64,000 nucleotides of DNA from Cycas panzhihuaensis. Lineage: Eukaryota > Plantae > Cycadophyta. The position numbers and the translations under genes were made by a program. Positions 36,847 to 50,509 of the stretch are shown one piece after another (position 1 is the stretch's first letter; each line of letters begins with the position of its first letter). The stretch covers positions 102,059,741 to 102,123,740 of the forward strand of contig CM041465.1 in NCBI GenBank assembly GCA_023213395.1, in the 5' to 3' direction. The notes below the pieces were generated by a model. It ran no database searches, was not told where the DNA came from, and saw only the letters and a list, made by a program, of their open reading frames with translations.

Positions 36847-39800
36847 ATGGCAAATATTTATTGAAAAAACTATAGAGGTAGTAGAATATTCCTATTGAAA
36901 GGTTAAGAAAGTGCTCCTTGGGGCTTATGAGACTTGTAGAAATCTTACAAGAGAAGATTTAGAACCCAATGTAGTTAAGTAAAGAGAATAGTAATAAAAA
37001 ATAACAATAAGAGGAGGAAGAGTAAATTGTGCTAAAATGAATAAAAATCTACAAAAGTTATAGGGAAGAACAGAACATCTTACGATCACAATATTAAGAC
37101 AAAGGCATGAAGGAAATACTAAGGAAGAAGAGGCATTAAATGATGATGGTGCATAACTAGAAGATGGTGAGCCATAAGAACCACAAATAATAAAAGAAAG
37201 ATTCTTAAAAATACTTGAAGATAAAAGTGATAGAATCAAGATTGACATTGTAGACTACTAGGGAAGTTTAAAACTATAAGAGTTAATAGACTGGCTAAAT
37301 ACCATGTAGAAGTTCTTCTAATAGAAGAGTATAACTAAAGAAAAGAAGGTAAAGTTTACATGCACAACTATTTTATGAGATCACCTATAGAAGAAGAGGG
37401 TGAAGATAGGTAAAGAAAAGATTAAAACATAAACTTAAATAGTTAAGAATTTAAAAGAGAATTTTTTACTGATTGATTATTCTCATACCCTCTTCACAAT
37501 TTCTATAACTTAAAGTAGAAAGAAGTAATAGTATATGACTATACAAATAAGCTCTATAAACTTTCCATTCATGTGGAGCATAAGGAGATAGATGAAAAAG
37601 TCATTGTAAGGTATATAAATGGTTTAAAATTTTTAATTCAAGATGAACTTAACATGTATAAAGTTAAAAACATGGAAGATGCATATCAATTAACATTAAA
37701 GGTAAAAAATAAATAAAATAGGTATGCTACTCAAAGGCCTTTTGTAATGAGAAGAGGTTTGTCACCTTTGTATAGAGGTAAATGAGAAACCCCCTATATA
37801 AGGGGAGAATCATCTAATAATATGGAAAAACAAGAAGGAGAGAGGCATAGAAGAATGTAAAGAGGAAGAGGAACTCAGAACCAATTCAGGAGAAGATAAT
37901 TTTTAGGAGCCCAATGGGGTAGAGGCTTTAATAGAAAAAGAAGATGGAGAAGACCTTTTGTTTATTTTAAATGTGAGAAAGAAAGACACAGGGCATTTAA
38001 ATGCCCTCGTCGCCACGATCAACAATCTTAGAAGCAGGAAGAGTATTTAAGAATGAATTTAGCCTAAAATAAAGATGGTAGTAAAGGAGTCATAGTAGAT
38101 GAAGGTAGGAGCTTAATGCTCTTAAAAACCATAATAGCACCAAGATGACAATCCATATAAGATAAAGGGAAAATGAAGATGAACGGTGATTCATGGCTAC
38201 AAACTAACATTTTCAGACTAAGATATACTACAAGAGAAAAGATATGCAAAGCTATAATTGATTATGGTAGTTGTGAGAATATGGTCTCCAATGAAATGGT
38301 AGAAAAGTTAGGATTGAGTTGTAAAGCACATCCACATGCATACCACATTTCCTAGTTCAAAAAAGAAAGTGATGTGGATGTTGACAAGAGATGAATGGTT
38401 AAATTTAGCATTAAAAAATCATATCAAGATGAGATATAGTGTGATGTGATCCTGATGGATATATACCATCTATTATTAGGGAGACCATGGTAGTACAATA
38501 GGAATGCCTTTCATAATGGAAAGAATAATACTCATACATTTTAGAAGAATGGTGTAGAGGTAAAGTTATTACCATTTAAGGAAGAAAGGCATATGGAAAG
38601 TATGTTGACTGCTAAAGAGAATATAAAACATGTGTGAGAGGCTAGTATTTGTTATGCCTTGATGGCAAGACAGATAAAGGAGGATAGCACAAAGATACTA
38701 AGTAAGGTAGTAAGGTTACTAAAGGAGTGTAGTGACATTATACTAGATGAGTTACCTGATGGATTACCACCCATGAGAGATATTCAACACCAAATTAACC
38801 TAATCCTTGAGTTAAGTTTACTAAATCGGGTAGCTTATCAATTAAGCCCAATGTAGAATGAGGAGTTAAATTAATAAATTAGTGAATTAGTATAAAAAGG
38901 AATGGTGAGAGAAAGCTTGAGTTTGTATATAATTCAAGCATTGGTAACTCTAAAGATAAATGACTTATGGCAAATATGTGTTCTAGAGTGATCAACAAGA
39001 TAATAATTAAATATAGATTTTCCATACTATGTATGGATGATATACTAAATATATTGGCAAGTGCTTTCTACTTTATAAATATCAACCTCAAGAGTGGGCA
39101 TTATTGTATTCGAATTTATGAAGGGGACAACTAAAAAATAGTCTTTAAGATGAGGGATAGATTATATAAATGGTTAGTCATTCTATCCAGGATGTTAAAT
39201 GCCCTAAATGTATTCATAAGATTGATGAACATTGTGTTATGACCATTCATTGGTAAGTTTATAGTTGTATATTTTGATGACATTCATATTTTTGATAAGA
39301 CTAAGGATAAGTACTTAATTTACTTAAAGATGGTGCTTAAAGTATTAAGGGTAAAGAAGTTATATACAAATATGAAGAAGTGTAGGTTTATGCAAAGGAG
39401 CCTAGTAGTTTTAGGCTTTGCAATTTTATAAAAGGGATTATGAATAGACAAGGAGAAGATCAAGGTAATTATTAAGTCACTAACACCTAGGATAGTGATA
39501 GAGATAAAAACGTTTCATGGTCTAACTTAGTTGTATAGGAAGTTCATTAGGAACTTTAATGTAATTATTGTATCCATACAAATTGCATGAAGGGCATTCT
39601 TAACAAATTGCATGAAGGGTAAGCAACCAACATGAACTAGGGAAGCATAGAATAAATTCCAACTCTTAAAGTAAAATATAATTAAGACACCAGTGCTCAC
39701 ATTGCCAGAAGGTCAATTATGATGCTTTATATGTTGCAATTAGGACCATGCTTAGTCAAGAAGAAAGACCTATGACATTTTCTAGTGAGAAGCTTAATGA

Positions 39801-40954
39801 TATAAGAAGAAGGTATTCAACTTATGACTTGGAATTTTATACCCTTGTCCAAGCTTTGAAGCATTAAAGGCATTATTTCATACTTAAGGAATTTGTCCTG
39901 TTCATTGATCACCAAGCCTTGAGGTATATAAATACCCAAAGGAAATAAAATATTAGGCATGCTAAGTAGGTATCCTGTTAGTAAAGCTTTGCATTTCTTT
40001 TAAACCATAAATCAGGCAAATAAAATTATGCTATTGATGCATTGAGTAGGAAAGTGGCATTATTAACCACCATGACAAATGAGGTGGTAGGATTTAAATC
40101 CATTAAGGATTTGTATGACTCAAACCCTGACTTTGGAATAATTATTAAGCACTATAAGAATCCTTTAATTGAGCGACATGGTTCTTTATGTGATGATTAC
40201 TCTATATAGAAAGGCTACCTATTTAGGGAAAGAAAATTGTGTATCCTAATGGGCTCTATGAGATAGAACATCATACAAGGGTTATATAATGAAGGTCTTA
40301 AAGAGTATTTTGGCTAAAATAAAATCATAGCTTTAGTAGAAGAAAAGTATTTATATCCTTGAATGAAGAGTGATGTGGCAAGATTTATAGCATGCTATAG
40401 GATATGCCAAATGGCCAAGGGACATGCACAGAATATTGGCTTATATATATCTTTATTAGTACCTAAAGGACCATGGACATATTTGAGCATAGACTTAGTA
40501 TTAGGATTACCACACACATAAAGAGGTAAGGATTTAACTTTAATCAGTGTTGATAATTTTTTAAAATTGGTTAATTTTATTGCGTGTAAGAAGACAAATG
40601 GTGTAGGTAGGATAATAGATTTATTATTGAAAGAGGTATAAAGTTGCATGGCATTTTGAAGACTATCACTTCATATCGGGATGCAAAGTTCTTGAGTTAT
40701 TTCTGGAAGACTCTATAGAAGAAGCTGGCAATAAAATTCCAATTTAGTAATGCTTACTATCTACAAACTAATAGAAAAACTAAAGTGGTGAGCAGAAGTT
40801 TAGGAAACTTATTAAGGTGCATTGTTGGGGAGAATCTTAAATAATAACATTTGGTATTAGACTAGGCAAATTTTGCATATAACAATTATGTGAATAAGTT
40901 AATAGGTAAATCATCTTTTTAAGTTGTGTATGGCAAAAATTCCAAGGGTGTATT
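36847..40954 (+). pseudogene. gag-PR-RT-RH-INT (5' part) of G
   Basis: LPDGLPPMRDIQHQINLI; FIVVYFDDI; SEKLND; SIDLVLGLPHT; many stops and frameshifts. Confidence 0.88.
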
Positions 40955-43900
40955 TGCTAGAATGACAATGCAAAGATAGATGAAGAATGCTTGATGATCA
41001 TTATTTAGAGATCAAGTGATTAAATACAATTAAGATTTGTAACTCCCCTTAAACCAACTTGTAACCGAAACATATCTGAGTGATATGTATCTTGTTAGTT
41101 ACATAAAGATACACACTTAACCTATGATATTAGATGAAACATTACATTCTAACACCCTCTCTTAATGTTTTATCCTATTAACCCTATTTTATCTCTAAGT
41201 GTTTGAGACTTGTCTTTTTCCAATGATTTGGTTAATATGTCAGCCACTTGTTCATCTGTAGGGTAATAAACAAGATCAACTTCCTTATTTTGGATTTTTT
41301 CTCTGAAAAAGTGGTGTTAAACTTTGATGTGTTTAGTTCTAGCATGAAATATTAAATTTTTAGTATGTTTGATGGTATTTTGATTATCACAGTAAAGTGT
41401 TGTTGCTTCTTTTTGAGGTTCCATTAGATCGTTCATGAGTTGTCTAAACCATACAGCTTTAGTAGTTGCACTGACTACTGATTTATACTCAGCTTCTGTG
41501 GATGACAATGCTATAGTGGCTTGTTTTTTGCTGCTCCAAGATATTAATAAAGATCTTAGGAAGAAACAATGCTCACCGATTGATTTCCTTTGCTCCTTGT
41601 CACCTACTTAATCTAAATCATAGAATCCTATCAGTTAAAGAGATTTTTCTTTTAGAAATTAGTTTCAATTCTATTATTCCTTTTAGATACCTCAAAACCT
41701 TTTTTGTAGCATTCCAGTGTTTTGTTCTCAGGTCGTTCATGTATCTTGATATCAGACCTACAACATATGAGATATCAGGTCTGGTTACTATGAGGTAGAT
41801 GAGATTGCCAATGAGTAGTCTATACAAAGTGGCCCCAACACAAGATTCCTTCTCATCTAGAATCAAGTTGTAGTTCACTTCCATGGAAGTGGGACATGGG
41901 TTGTAATCTTCCATTCAAAATTTAGTTAGTAAGTCTTTAATGTACTTGCTCTGGCACAAAGTGATTGAATTACTTTGTCAATTAACTTAGATTCCTAAAT
42001 GGTAGTTAAGAAGCCCTAAATCAGTCATCTTAAATTTTCTCTCTAGTTGATAATTTATATCAGATATTGATTCTTCATCATCACCTGTGAGAATCATATT
42101 ATTAGCATATACTACTATAGTGACTGTACCATTCCTATTTTTTATATACAAACTTGAGTTTAAGTTGTTTTTATGGAAGCTATACTTATAGAGATGGCTA
42201 CCTAGTTTGATATCTAATGCACGGGGAGCCTATTTCAGTCCATATAGTGCCTTTTCTAGTTTGTAGACCAAGTGCTCTTGTCCCTCTTTGACATAACCCT
42301 CAGGTTAAGTCATGTAGACTTCTTCTTCTTTTATTTCGCCATTCAGGAAGGTACTTTTTACGTTCAGTTAGTCTTCCCATTTTTTTGTGCTACTAGAGCT
42401 ATAACTGTTCTTATTATGTTCAATTTAGCCACTGGAGAGAAAGTCTCTTCATAATCTACACCTATTATTTGTGTGTAACCTTTTGCAACTAGCCTAGCTT
42501 TGTATTTTTCTATTTTTCCATTAGATCCCTTTTGATTTTATAGACCTATTTACAATCCATAACTGATTTGATGGATGGCAGTTTAACCACTTCCCAAGTC
42601 TGGTTTTTTATAATGGAATCTAGCTTAGCGTCCATGGCTTTTCTCCACTCAACATGTTCTTTTGCTTCGGTGAATGATTATGGTTCTACATGGCTGAATA
42701 AGGCTCTTGGTTTTTGACTCCTTGTTCTATGGGGAAGTATTTCACCTTTACCTTCCTCTATATTTTTGAGGCACCACTTGGGAACTCTCTTTTCTTTTTT
42801 GCCTTCTTTGGTCCTTGATTCTTTTGGAGAGACTTTTTCATCCTCTGGAGTAGATTCTAAGTGAGAACCTTGAGGTGAAATAGACTCTTCTAAAATGTCT
42901 TTTGAAGTTATGCTAGATTCTTCTTCTACAGGAGTAACTAGAGGAGCTATATAAGATGTTTGCTCTATCATTTGGATTTGACTTGTAATTTCTTCTTTAT
43001 CTTCTTCATTAAAAATAACATCTCAACTTATATATACTTTGTTTGTTTTTAGATCTATGCACTTGTAGGCCTTGGAATTTTTGTTATATCTAACCATAAT
43101 GCATTTCAAACTTTTTGAAACTAGCTATACTCTTTTTTTATTTGGTATGTAGATAAAGGCTTGGCTACCAAATACTTTCAGGTGACTTATATCTAGATTC
43201 CTTCCAATCCATACTTCCTCTAGAGTAAGATGATCTACTACCTTAGTTGGACTCTTATTCAATAAGTAGCAAGCTATTCTGATTGCTTCAGCCCAATATG
43301 TTTTTGGAATATTTTTTCCATGTATCATGCTATGAGCCATCTCTATGATGACTCAATTTTTCCTTTCTACTACCCCATTAGATTAGGGTGTGTATGGAGT
43401 TATGAACTGCCTCCATATTCTATTAGCTTTGCAATATTCTAAGAGATCTTTGGAGATGTATTTGCCTCCACCATTGGATCTTATACATTTGATTTTAGCA
43501 TCAGCCTCTAGTTCAGTTTTAACTTTGAATACATCAAAGACCTCTGATTTAGTATGTAAGAAGTAAATATAGATTTTCTTAGTCAAATCATATATGAAAG
43601 TGATGAAGAATCTACTTCTATTGATGGAATATGGGGTAAATGGACCACTCAAATCAATATGGACTAGCTTTAACTTTTCCTATGCTTGTCATTTACTTTC
43701 ATGGAATGGTAGCCTGTGTTGTTTACCATACTAGAAATTTTTACATACAAAATTACTTGATGTGATTAGAGGCAAACCAATTACTAGACCTTTCTTCTCC
43801 ATATTTTTTAATTTTTCCCATAGGAAGATGACCATACTTCAAATGCCACATCTTATCATTAAGACTTACTATAATATAAGATTTTACATCGAGCAAAATA

Positions 43901-46186
43901 GGATGTGATAACAGCCTATCTAGGTCACTGCTTTCAACCACTTTTGCAATTACATGGCCATTATTTTTCATGTCAAGGATATAATAGAATCCTTTTTCAT
44001 CAAATATAGTACTCAACCCCTTTTTTAAAAGTTGGGAGATAGATAATAAGTTCATTTTAAAACTAGGCACTAAAAGTACATTTATAATTTTTTCAACCTT
44101 GTCTTTTATTTTGATGGTAATGGTTATGACTCCTTTAATTTCAAGGGAGTATTAATCTCTTAATTCTGCTGATTTATCATAAGTGTATAGTTGTAAGTTT
44201 TCGAACCATTCTTCTTGATTGGTCATGTGGCATGATGTTCCTGAGTCAATGTACCATATGTCCTTATCTTGGAGGCTTACTTCTAGGGCAATAATGAAGG
44301 TTGTTTCCTCCTCTTCATCATCACCAGTCTATTCCTTATTATAGTTCCTCATTAATCATTTACCTCTTTAGATATTTGCTTTCTTGCATTAGTATGGAAA
44401 GTGTCCTGATTGGCCACAATGATAACACACATTAAATACCCTACAAGAACTAGCAAAATGACCAGTCTTACTGTAATTATAACAGATCCTCTGAGTAATA
44501 CTGTGACCTCATCCTCTTACATCTTGCCAATGACCTCATGATGGAGCATGACCTTCAGGAGTTCTTTCTCTTCCTCTACTATGTCCTCTAAATCCCAAGT
44601 TCAGTCTAGAGGCAAAAGCATCCTCAAGTTCACTTGTATCCTCATATCTTTTGTTTCTTTGCTCATGTTTTAATAGCAATCCTGTCAGAGTATCCATTGT
44701 CATTGTTACTATTTAATCAGTATTAGTGATGGTATTTATTGTCATATCGAATGATTTGAGTAATTTTCTAACCACAAGTTCCACCAACTCTTGATTTGAA
44801 GCTGGAGCACCCACACTAGAAAAATCATTCCTTAGTGAAATTACTTTATGCATAAAATCAATGATAGTTTCAGACTCCTTCATGTGGAGTTTAAATAGTT
44901 CTTATTTTAAGGCTCTTATCTTAGCCTTATTCTTTTGTCTATATAAGTTCTTTAGGCATTTCCAAATACTTATATTAGAGTACAAATTTTTAACATATAT
45001 AAGAAGTAGATTAAAAATTAAAAATTTCAATATTATAACCCTTATATTATCTTGTTCTTCCGAACTAATTTGATTAGGCCCAACATCCTTAGGTTTGGCT
45101 TTAACCCCTATTGTAATTCTCCAAGCATTTTTTTCTCTAAGAAGGGTCTTTCTCTTTATTTTATAAATATGGTAGTTGGTGTTAGTAAGATTATCATTAT
45201 CAGATAGAGCTAAGATAGAAGAAGCCATTTCTGAAGGAAAAATTATGTTTTAACTGCCATAGGTCGTATAACGGTACAAATTTTTATATGGTACCTAAAC
45301 GGTATAAATGGAATCGAGACCTACCTCAAATGAAAGGTCTTGATGAGTAAATTAGAGATTTACAATTATTTTTTTGAAACAGTTTCTAATCTGGAAGAAA
45401 AATGGCCCAAAATCTCCAAAGGGGCGATTAGGGTTTTTTACTATTTTATAAAAATCTCAAAAAATCTTCAACGAAAAACTTCAAAAGATCATTCACTTGA
45501 GTCATATGCTCTAAACAAAAGATTTTGGATAGTGTTTACTTGGAGATTCAATCAAATTTGAATGAAATCTTTAGATTTCCTTCCAAACCTGTGTGGTTAG
45601 TAAAAGGCCAAAACCCTACTTCAAACAACCTCGGATCACTTTGATGCAAAAGAGAAAAATGTAGAGGACATTGAGATCTTCAATCTGGGTGAATTTTGTC
45701 GAATTTTGAGACCCTAAAATTTTTGAGTTCGTACGACTGTACGGTTCTATACAGCCAATTTCGCATCCTTCTCGTACTTGCTTTCTTCTATGCTTCTACT
45801 TTGCTTGAGGTGTTCTTGTATTCCTCTTACACTCCTTCTGGTGCTTGCTTCCTTCTCTACTTCTACTTCATTTGAAATCCTTTATCTTTCTCCTCTACAA
45901 CTTGTCCTAAAGTTGTACTTGTCTTCCTTTCTCGATTTTGTAGAGACCCTCTCTCAATCACACAGAATGACCTACTTTGATACTATATTAGAATGACAAT
46001 GCAAAGATAGATAAAGAATGCTTGATGATCATTATTCAGAGCTCAAGTGATTAAATATAATTAGGGTTTGTAACTCCCCTTGAACCAACGTGTAACTAAA
46101 ACATATTTGAGTGACAAGTGCCTTGTCAGTTATATAAAGATACATGCATTAACCTATGACATTGGATAAAACATTACATTTTAATA
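40955..46186 (-). mobile_element. Element H: full-length Ty1/copia element with ~200-bp LTRs (Ale/Ivana-like size), degenerate
   Basis: LTRs 40955-41154 and 45986-46186; perfect TSD GTATT; degenerate PBS 45974-45985; PPT 41155-41163. Confidence 0.93.
41175..45228 (-). pseudogene. Copia gag-pol of H
   Basis: MASSILALSDND...; CCHC knuckle CYHCGQSGH; WYIDSGTSCHMT; WHLKYGH; SSTEAEY; HARTKHI. Confidence 0.92.
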
Positions 46187-46824
46187 GTATTTGATTTAGT
46201 ACACCTACCCATTGGAGAAAATACAAGTAATTATGCAAAAGATTTTGTAGAGCATATATAGTAAGTTCACGAGGAGATGAGAAAAAAGTTACTGGATAAT
46301 AAGAAAAAGTATAAGGAAGTAGTAAATAAGAGTTGCAAACATATGGTATTTAAAGAAGGTGACTTAGTGATGGTTTACTTGAGGAAGGATACATTTTTCC
46401 AATGGACCTACAACAAGCTTAAATATAAAAAGTTTAGACCATATTGGGTTATAAAAAGGATTAATAAAAATATGTATAAGGTGAATTTGCCTAAATACTT
46501 TGATATCTCTCATATTTTTAATGTTTTATATCTATATGCATATCATGAAGGAGATGAAGAGGTAGATTATGAAGGTGAAGTAGCAAGTTGGGAGCCCAAA
46601 ATGTTAAAGAAGAAGTGAGAAGAAATTGAACAGGTGTTAGATATAAAAATAGTGAGCACACGACATGGACATTACAATAGGTACCTAGTGTAGTGGAAAG
46701 GTTTGCCATAAGCAAATACTACTTAGATCATTGAAGAATAGTTAAAATGATTAAATTTTAACAAATGTCAGGAGCTTTATCATAATAACTCATATGGATA
46801 GAGTTCTTTTCAACCTGGGGAGGA
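46187..46824 (+). pseudogene. Integrase C-terminus and chromodomain of G
   Basis: FKEGDLVMVYLRK...YNKLK...FRPY...ISHIFNV; EEIEQVLDIKIVSTRHGHYNRYLV*WKGLP*ANTT*IIEE. Confidence 0.85.
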
Positions 46825-48789
46825 TGGTATAGGTGCATCTAGATCTTCATCATAACTTAATCTACTTTTCACCCTTTTAGTCTTTTTTCTCTAAAATTTA
46901 GGGTCTATTAATCAAAGCATAACTTTTTACTTGCTGGTCAAAATTTATTCATTCTTATGCTAATTCAAAAGTCTATTCGAGTACAACAAGTCAAAATGGC
47001 CTATGACTAAACTAAAGGCCCTATTGTAGATCCACCATTTTTTAACCAAAAAATACTTTAAAAATATCTAAAAATTAAAATTTATTTTGCATATCTAAAA
47101 ATAGTAGTTAATTTTAGTCTAATTTTTACTTTTTTATAATAACCCTTAGTGGTATAATTTTTTAGTAGGACTTAACATAGAAATGTAGTTTTATTTAATA
47201 TTTTAGACAACTAAAGAGCTTTTAGGATTAAGGTTAGAAGCTTTTGGGCTTCCCACTTTCAACTGTATAAATGTGATTTATATTATCTTCTAGTAGATTC
47301 AATTAAATAGAATGGAATTAGAAGTGAAATGACTCTCCCTATTTTTTAATTCTTTCTTGGTTTAAGTTTGTGCATGTAAGATTAAATGTTTTCCTTGCAT
47401 CCGCATCCTCATTAGATGTTTAGTCCATTGGATAACACCATACATACTGCTCAACCTTTGTTCACCAACAATTTGCTATGAAATATAATATTTTAATGGT
47501 TTTAAAAGTAGATTTCAAACACCACTAAACTCACACAGGTTTAGGGCTTAGTATTTTTACACCCTCCAAAATGAGCTACCAAAGCACACCAACAAACCCC
47601 CTAGAATTACTTCAAATAACAAGAAATTATATACAAATAGTACTATGGGCTACAAATATGGTAAATCTAAATTCTTTATATATAAAAGTTCATTAATTTT
47701 TCATTTGAAATGGTGAATCTCGAGTTGAATATAGTGTATCTCAAATATAATAGTATTCCTTTTTAACTTATCCTAAATTAAAAAAGGAATAAAAATAAAA
47801 TATGAAAGTATCTACACGTAAAAGAGCAATTGCACCTTTTCACCCTTGCACCTCTTTTTTTATTCATGTGACTTTAAAATATAATAAAAGAAAATATTAA
47901 TAAAATAAGTTTATTTGTGTCTTAAAGTTTACTAACCTCATTTTAAAGGTGGCGATGCAAAAATAAAGCAACAACTTCAAAATAATTGATAGCTCTATGA
48001 TTTTACATGTGTGACCTCTACAAGCACCAACGACTAACACTTGACTCTGAAAAATCACCTAGCTATAAACCAACCAACCATGGTAATAATACAACCAAAC
48101 ATGACTAAAAAAGTATCATCCATGGTCGAATAAAACTGACAAGATTAGATGTAAGTCATACAACTCTTAATGACTATCTAAAAATATTTTTTAGACTAGC
48201 ATTTATTACTTGGTGCCAATTTAAGCTCCAAAACACTCTTAATCAACGAAATACATAACCACACCACAAAATACAGGCTGAAAACACCCTTTAAACTGAT
48301 CCAAACATACTATGAAAAGTGCCAACAACTTCTCTATTATTTAGGCATAAAGTTTTAATGCCCAATAATGCCAAACAACCTTCAAATGGAGCCTAATATA
48401 CTTAAGACACACCTAATGCATCTCAACATTATTAGATCATCTTTAAAATTGGCCCAACAAGCATAAGGAGTGCCCAACATACCCAACACACCCGAGTGCC
48501 TTTAACGTGATCCCAACATGATTTAAAAATGTGTCTAATATTGATTTAAGATCATAAATAGTGATAAAATCTTATTGATAGGTGACTTTTAGTTCCTTAA
48601 TCATTATTGCACCACTGTGTTGCTCTTTTAATTATTGGAGAATATTAAAATCACTACAAATAGGGCTTCCATAAAGAAGATGGGGTGGATATACATACTA
48701 TAGAGAATGGATGTGAACCATCTATACGAGGCAACCTTCAATCTTATTATCTCCACCTAACTGTAGCCTCAACTATGTACATCTATTCA

Positions 48790-48801
48790 ACTTTGATACC
48801 A
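48790..48801 (-). promoter_or_regulatory. PBS, tRNA-iMet type (TGGTATCAAAGT)
   Basis: Adjacent to a TG at 48802. Confidence 0.75.
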
Positions 48802-49188
48802 TGTGAAGAAACATGAAACATGCATGTGTTTTAAACTACAAGATCTTGATTATACACACCAAGTAAATATTAAAGAGCAAAGGTAGATAATGTATAAGCT
48901 TTATGGCTTACAGGAAAAAAATCCACTACACCAAATCAATTATTACATTGATTACACCATAATGAGATATTGCATCCAACCTAAGGCTTAGTATTTATTT
49001 AAATTCATATGATACATCCATCTAAAGAGATGTAACTTTTCGTTAATCATGGTCATTCAACTAATCAACCCACTAATTAAACCACTTTTACATTAACCAT
49101 TTGGTTAACACTTAGCCACTTTGACATCCTCTAGATGTACATTAGAATATGAGGGACTTGGGAGGAAAAATTACTATCAGGTATCCTC

Positions 49189-49200
49189 GCTTTGATACCA
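49189..49200 (-). promoter_or_regulatory. Second iMet PBS (TGGTATCAAAGC) with an LTR-like sequence from 49203
   Basis: GCTTTGATACCA-CT-TGTAG. Confidence 0.75.
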
Positions 49201-50509
49201 CTTGTAGTTGACTTACCATCCATTACATCTTCAAATATACAAATAAGAATAAAAAACCAAAGAAATGAAGATAGAAATGTAACAAAGATGGAGATGAAGA
49301 GCACTAAAAAGACTACATTACAATATGCTTGTAAATAAACCAATATTTGATCAACTAAAAATCTCCTTTATAATGCATAGGGTGGTGTACTTATAGTAAC
49401 AAAAATCTATTCTTAATAAATTTCATTATTCTTAATTCTACCATTAATTGACTCTTAATATTAACATACTTCTAACTTATTTTATCTCTTATTTCCTTTA
49501 TTATTTAATTGACATAACTTTAACTCTATGATTCTAACCTATTACTCTAATTTCTAGTGGTAAAGATAATCACAATTTCCCCTCTATGATATATAATTAC
49601 ATCATATAAAATATTACATTAAAATATAAATTAGTTTTCAAATATATTAGAAATTAAGCTACATCAATAAGTTTTCAATGTTGTTAATGTCCATATGAAG
49701 GGTGTTCCACTTGTCAGACCACATGGGTAATCAACAACTCTGACCATTAGTTTGATGGGTAACTCATTTAAGTATGTGGTTTTGCCAACACCACATGAAC
49801 ATCACTCTAAGAATATGTCGTCTTATGTGCCTAAATCAAACGAGTTTAAAATAAGATGCAAGAGTAGGTTATCAAATAAGATTATATGCAACTTCATTGG
49901 TAGCTTAATAGTTATAAATATAACATAATCAATAATTATGATTATAAGTATAAGATAAAAGGGCATAACGGCCTTACATATATTATATAGGCTTATAAAT
50001 GTCCATTAATACAATTAAAATTGACTTAAACATCATGTGAAATATGAAACAATTCAATAAACATTATCGCTAACTCTCTTTAATGACAATTTTTGATAAA
50101 TTTAATAAGTAATAGGTTCTCTAGAGCTTATAATAAAATTTATAGGAGAATTTTTTACATTTCTCCCTTCCTTTTTAGGTACATTACATCAATAATAAAT
50201 TTATCAAATATTTGAAACCATGAAAAGTAAATAAATATCCCTAATAATGATAAAAAATTTATAAAACTAACCATTTTAAAATCTTGACTTAAATTTAAAT
50301 TAAATTTTCTATTATAAGCCAACTTTAAAATAATTTAAATGACCTATTATTTTGAAAAAAATTAAGTCAATTTCCTAACCCAACTTTTAGATCTAAAACT
50401 AAACTCCATTTATTTAAGTTATAGTTAAAAACGTAAAATTATTTTCTAAAAACATATAAAAAAAATTGAAAATTAATTAACTATTTTAAACTCTCAATTG
50501 TTGGTCATA

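Larger units (their letters stand above)
36198..47414 (+). mobile_element. Element G: CRM-type chromovirus (Ty3/gypsy), full length, degenerate, hosting H
   Basis: LTRs 36198-36784 and 46825-47414 with TGATG...CATCA-type ends; degenerate iMet PBS at ~36788; PPT GGGGAGGA; TSD GACAT/GATGT; protease AIIDYGSCENMVS, RT VYFDDI, RH YSTYDLEFY, INT, chromodomain. Confidence 0.9.
28819..49126 (-). mobile_element. Element E: degenerate Ty1/copia element split by insertions F and G; 3' end deleted
   Basis: PBS 48790-48801, putative LTR 48802-~49126, 5' UTR 47415-48789, gag from 36150, PR/INT 35300-33860, RT 29607-28819 (SLIRNTTCELVPLPPKKNFVGCKWVYKTK). Confidence 0.7.

Noticed and set aside
39578-39620. 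25-bp local duplication in G pol
   Set aside because: Ordinary slippage or repair scar in a dead element
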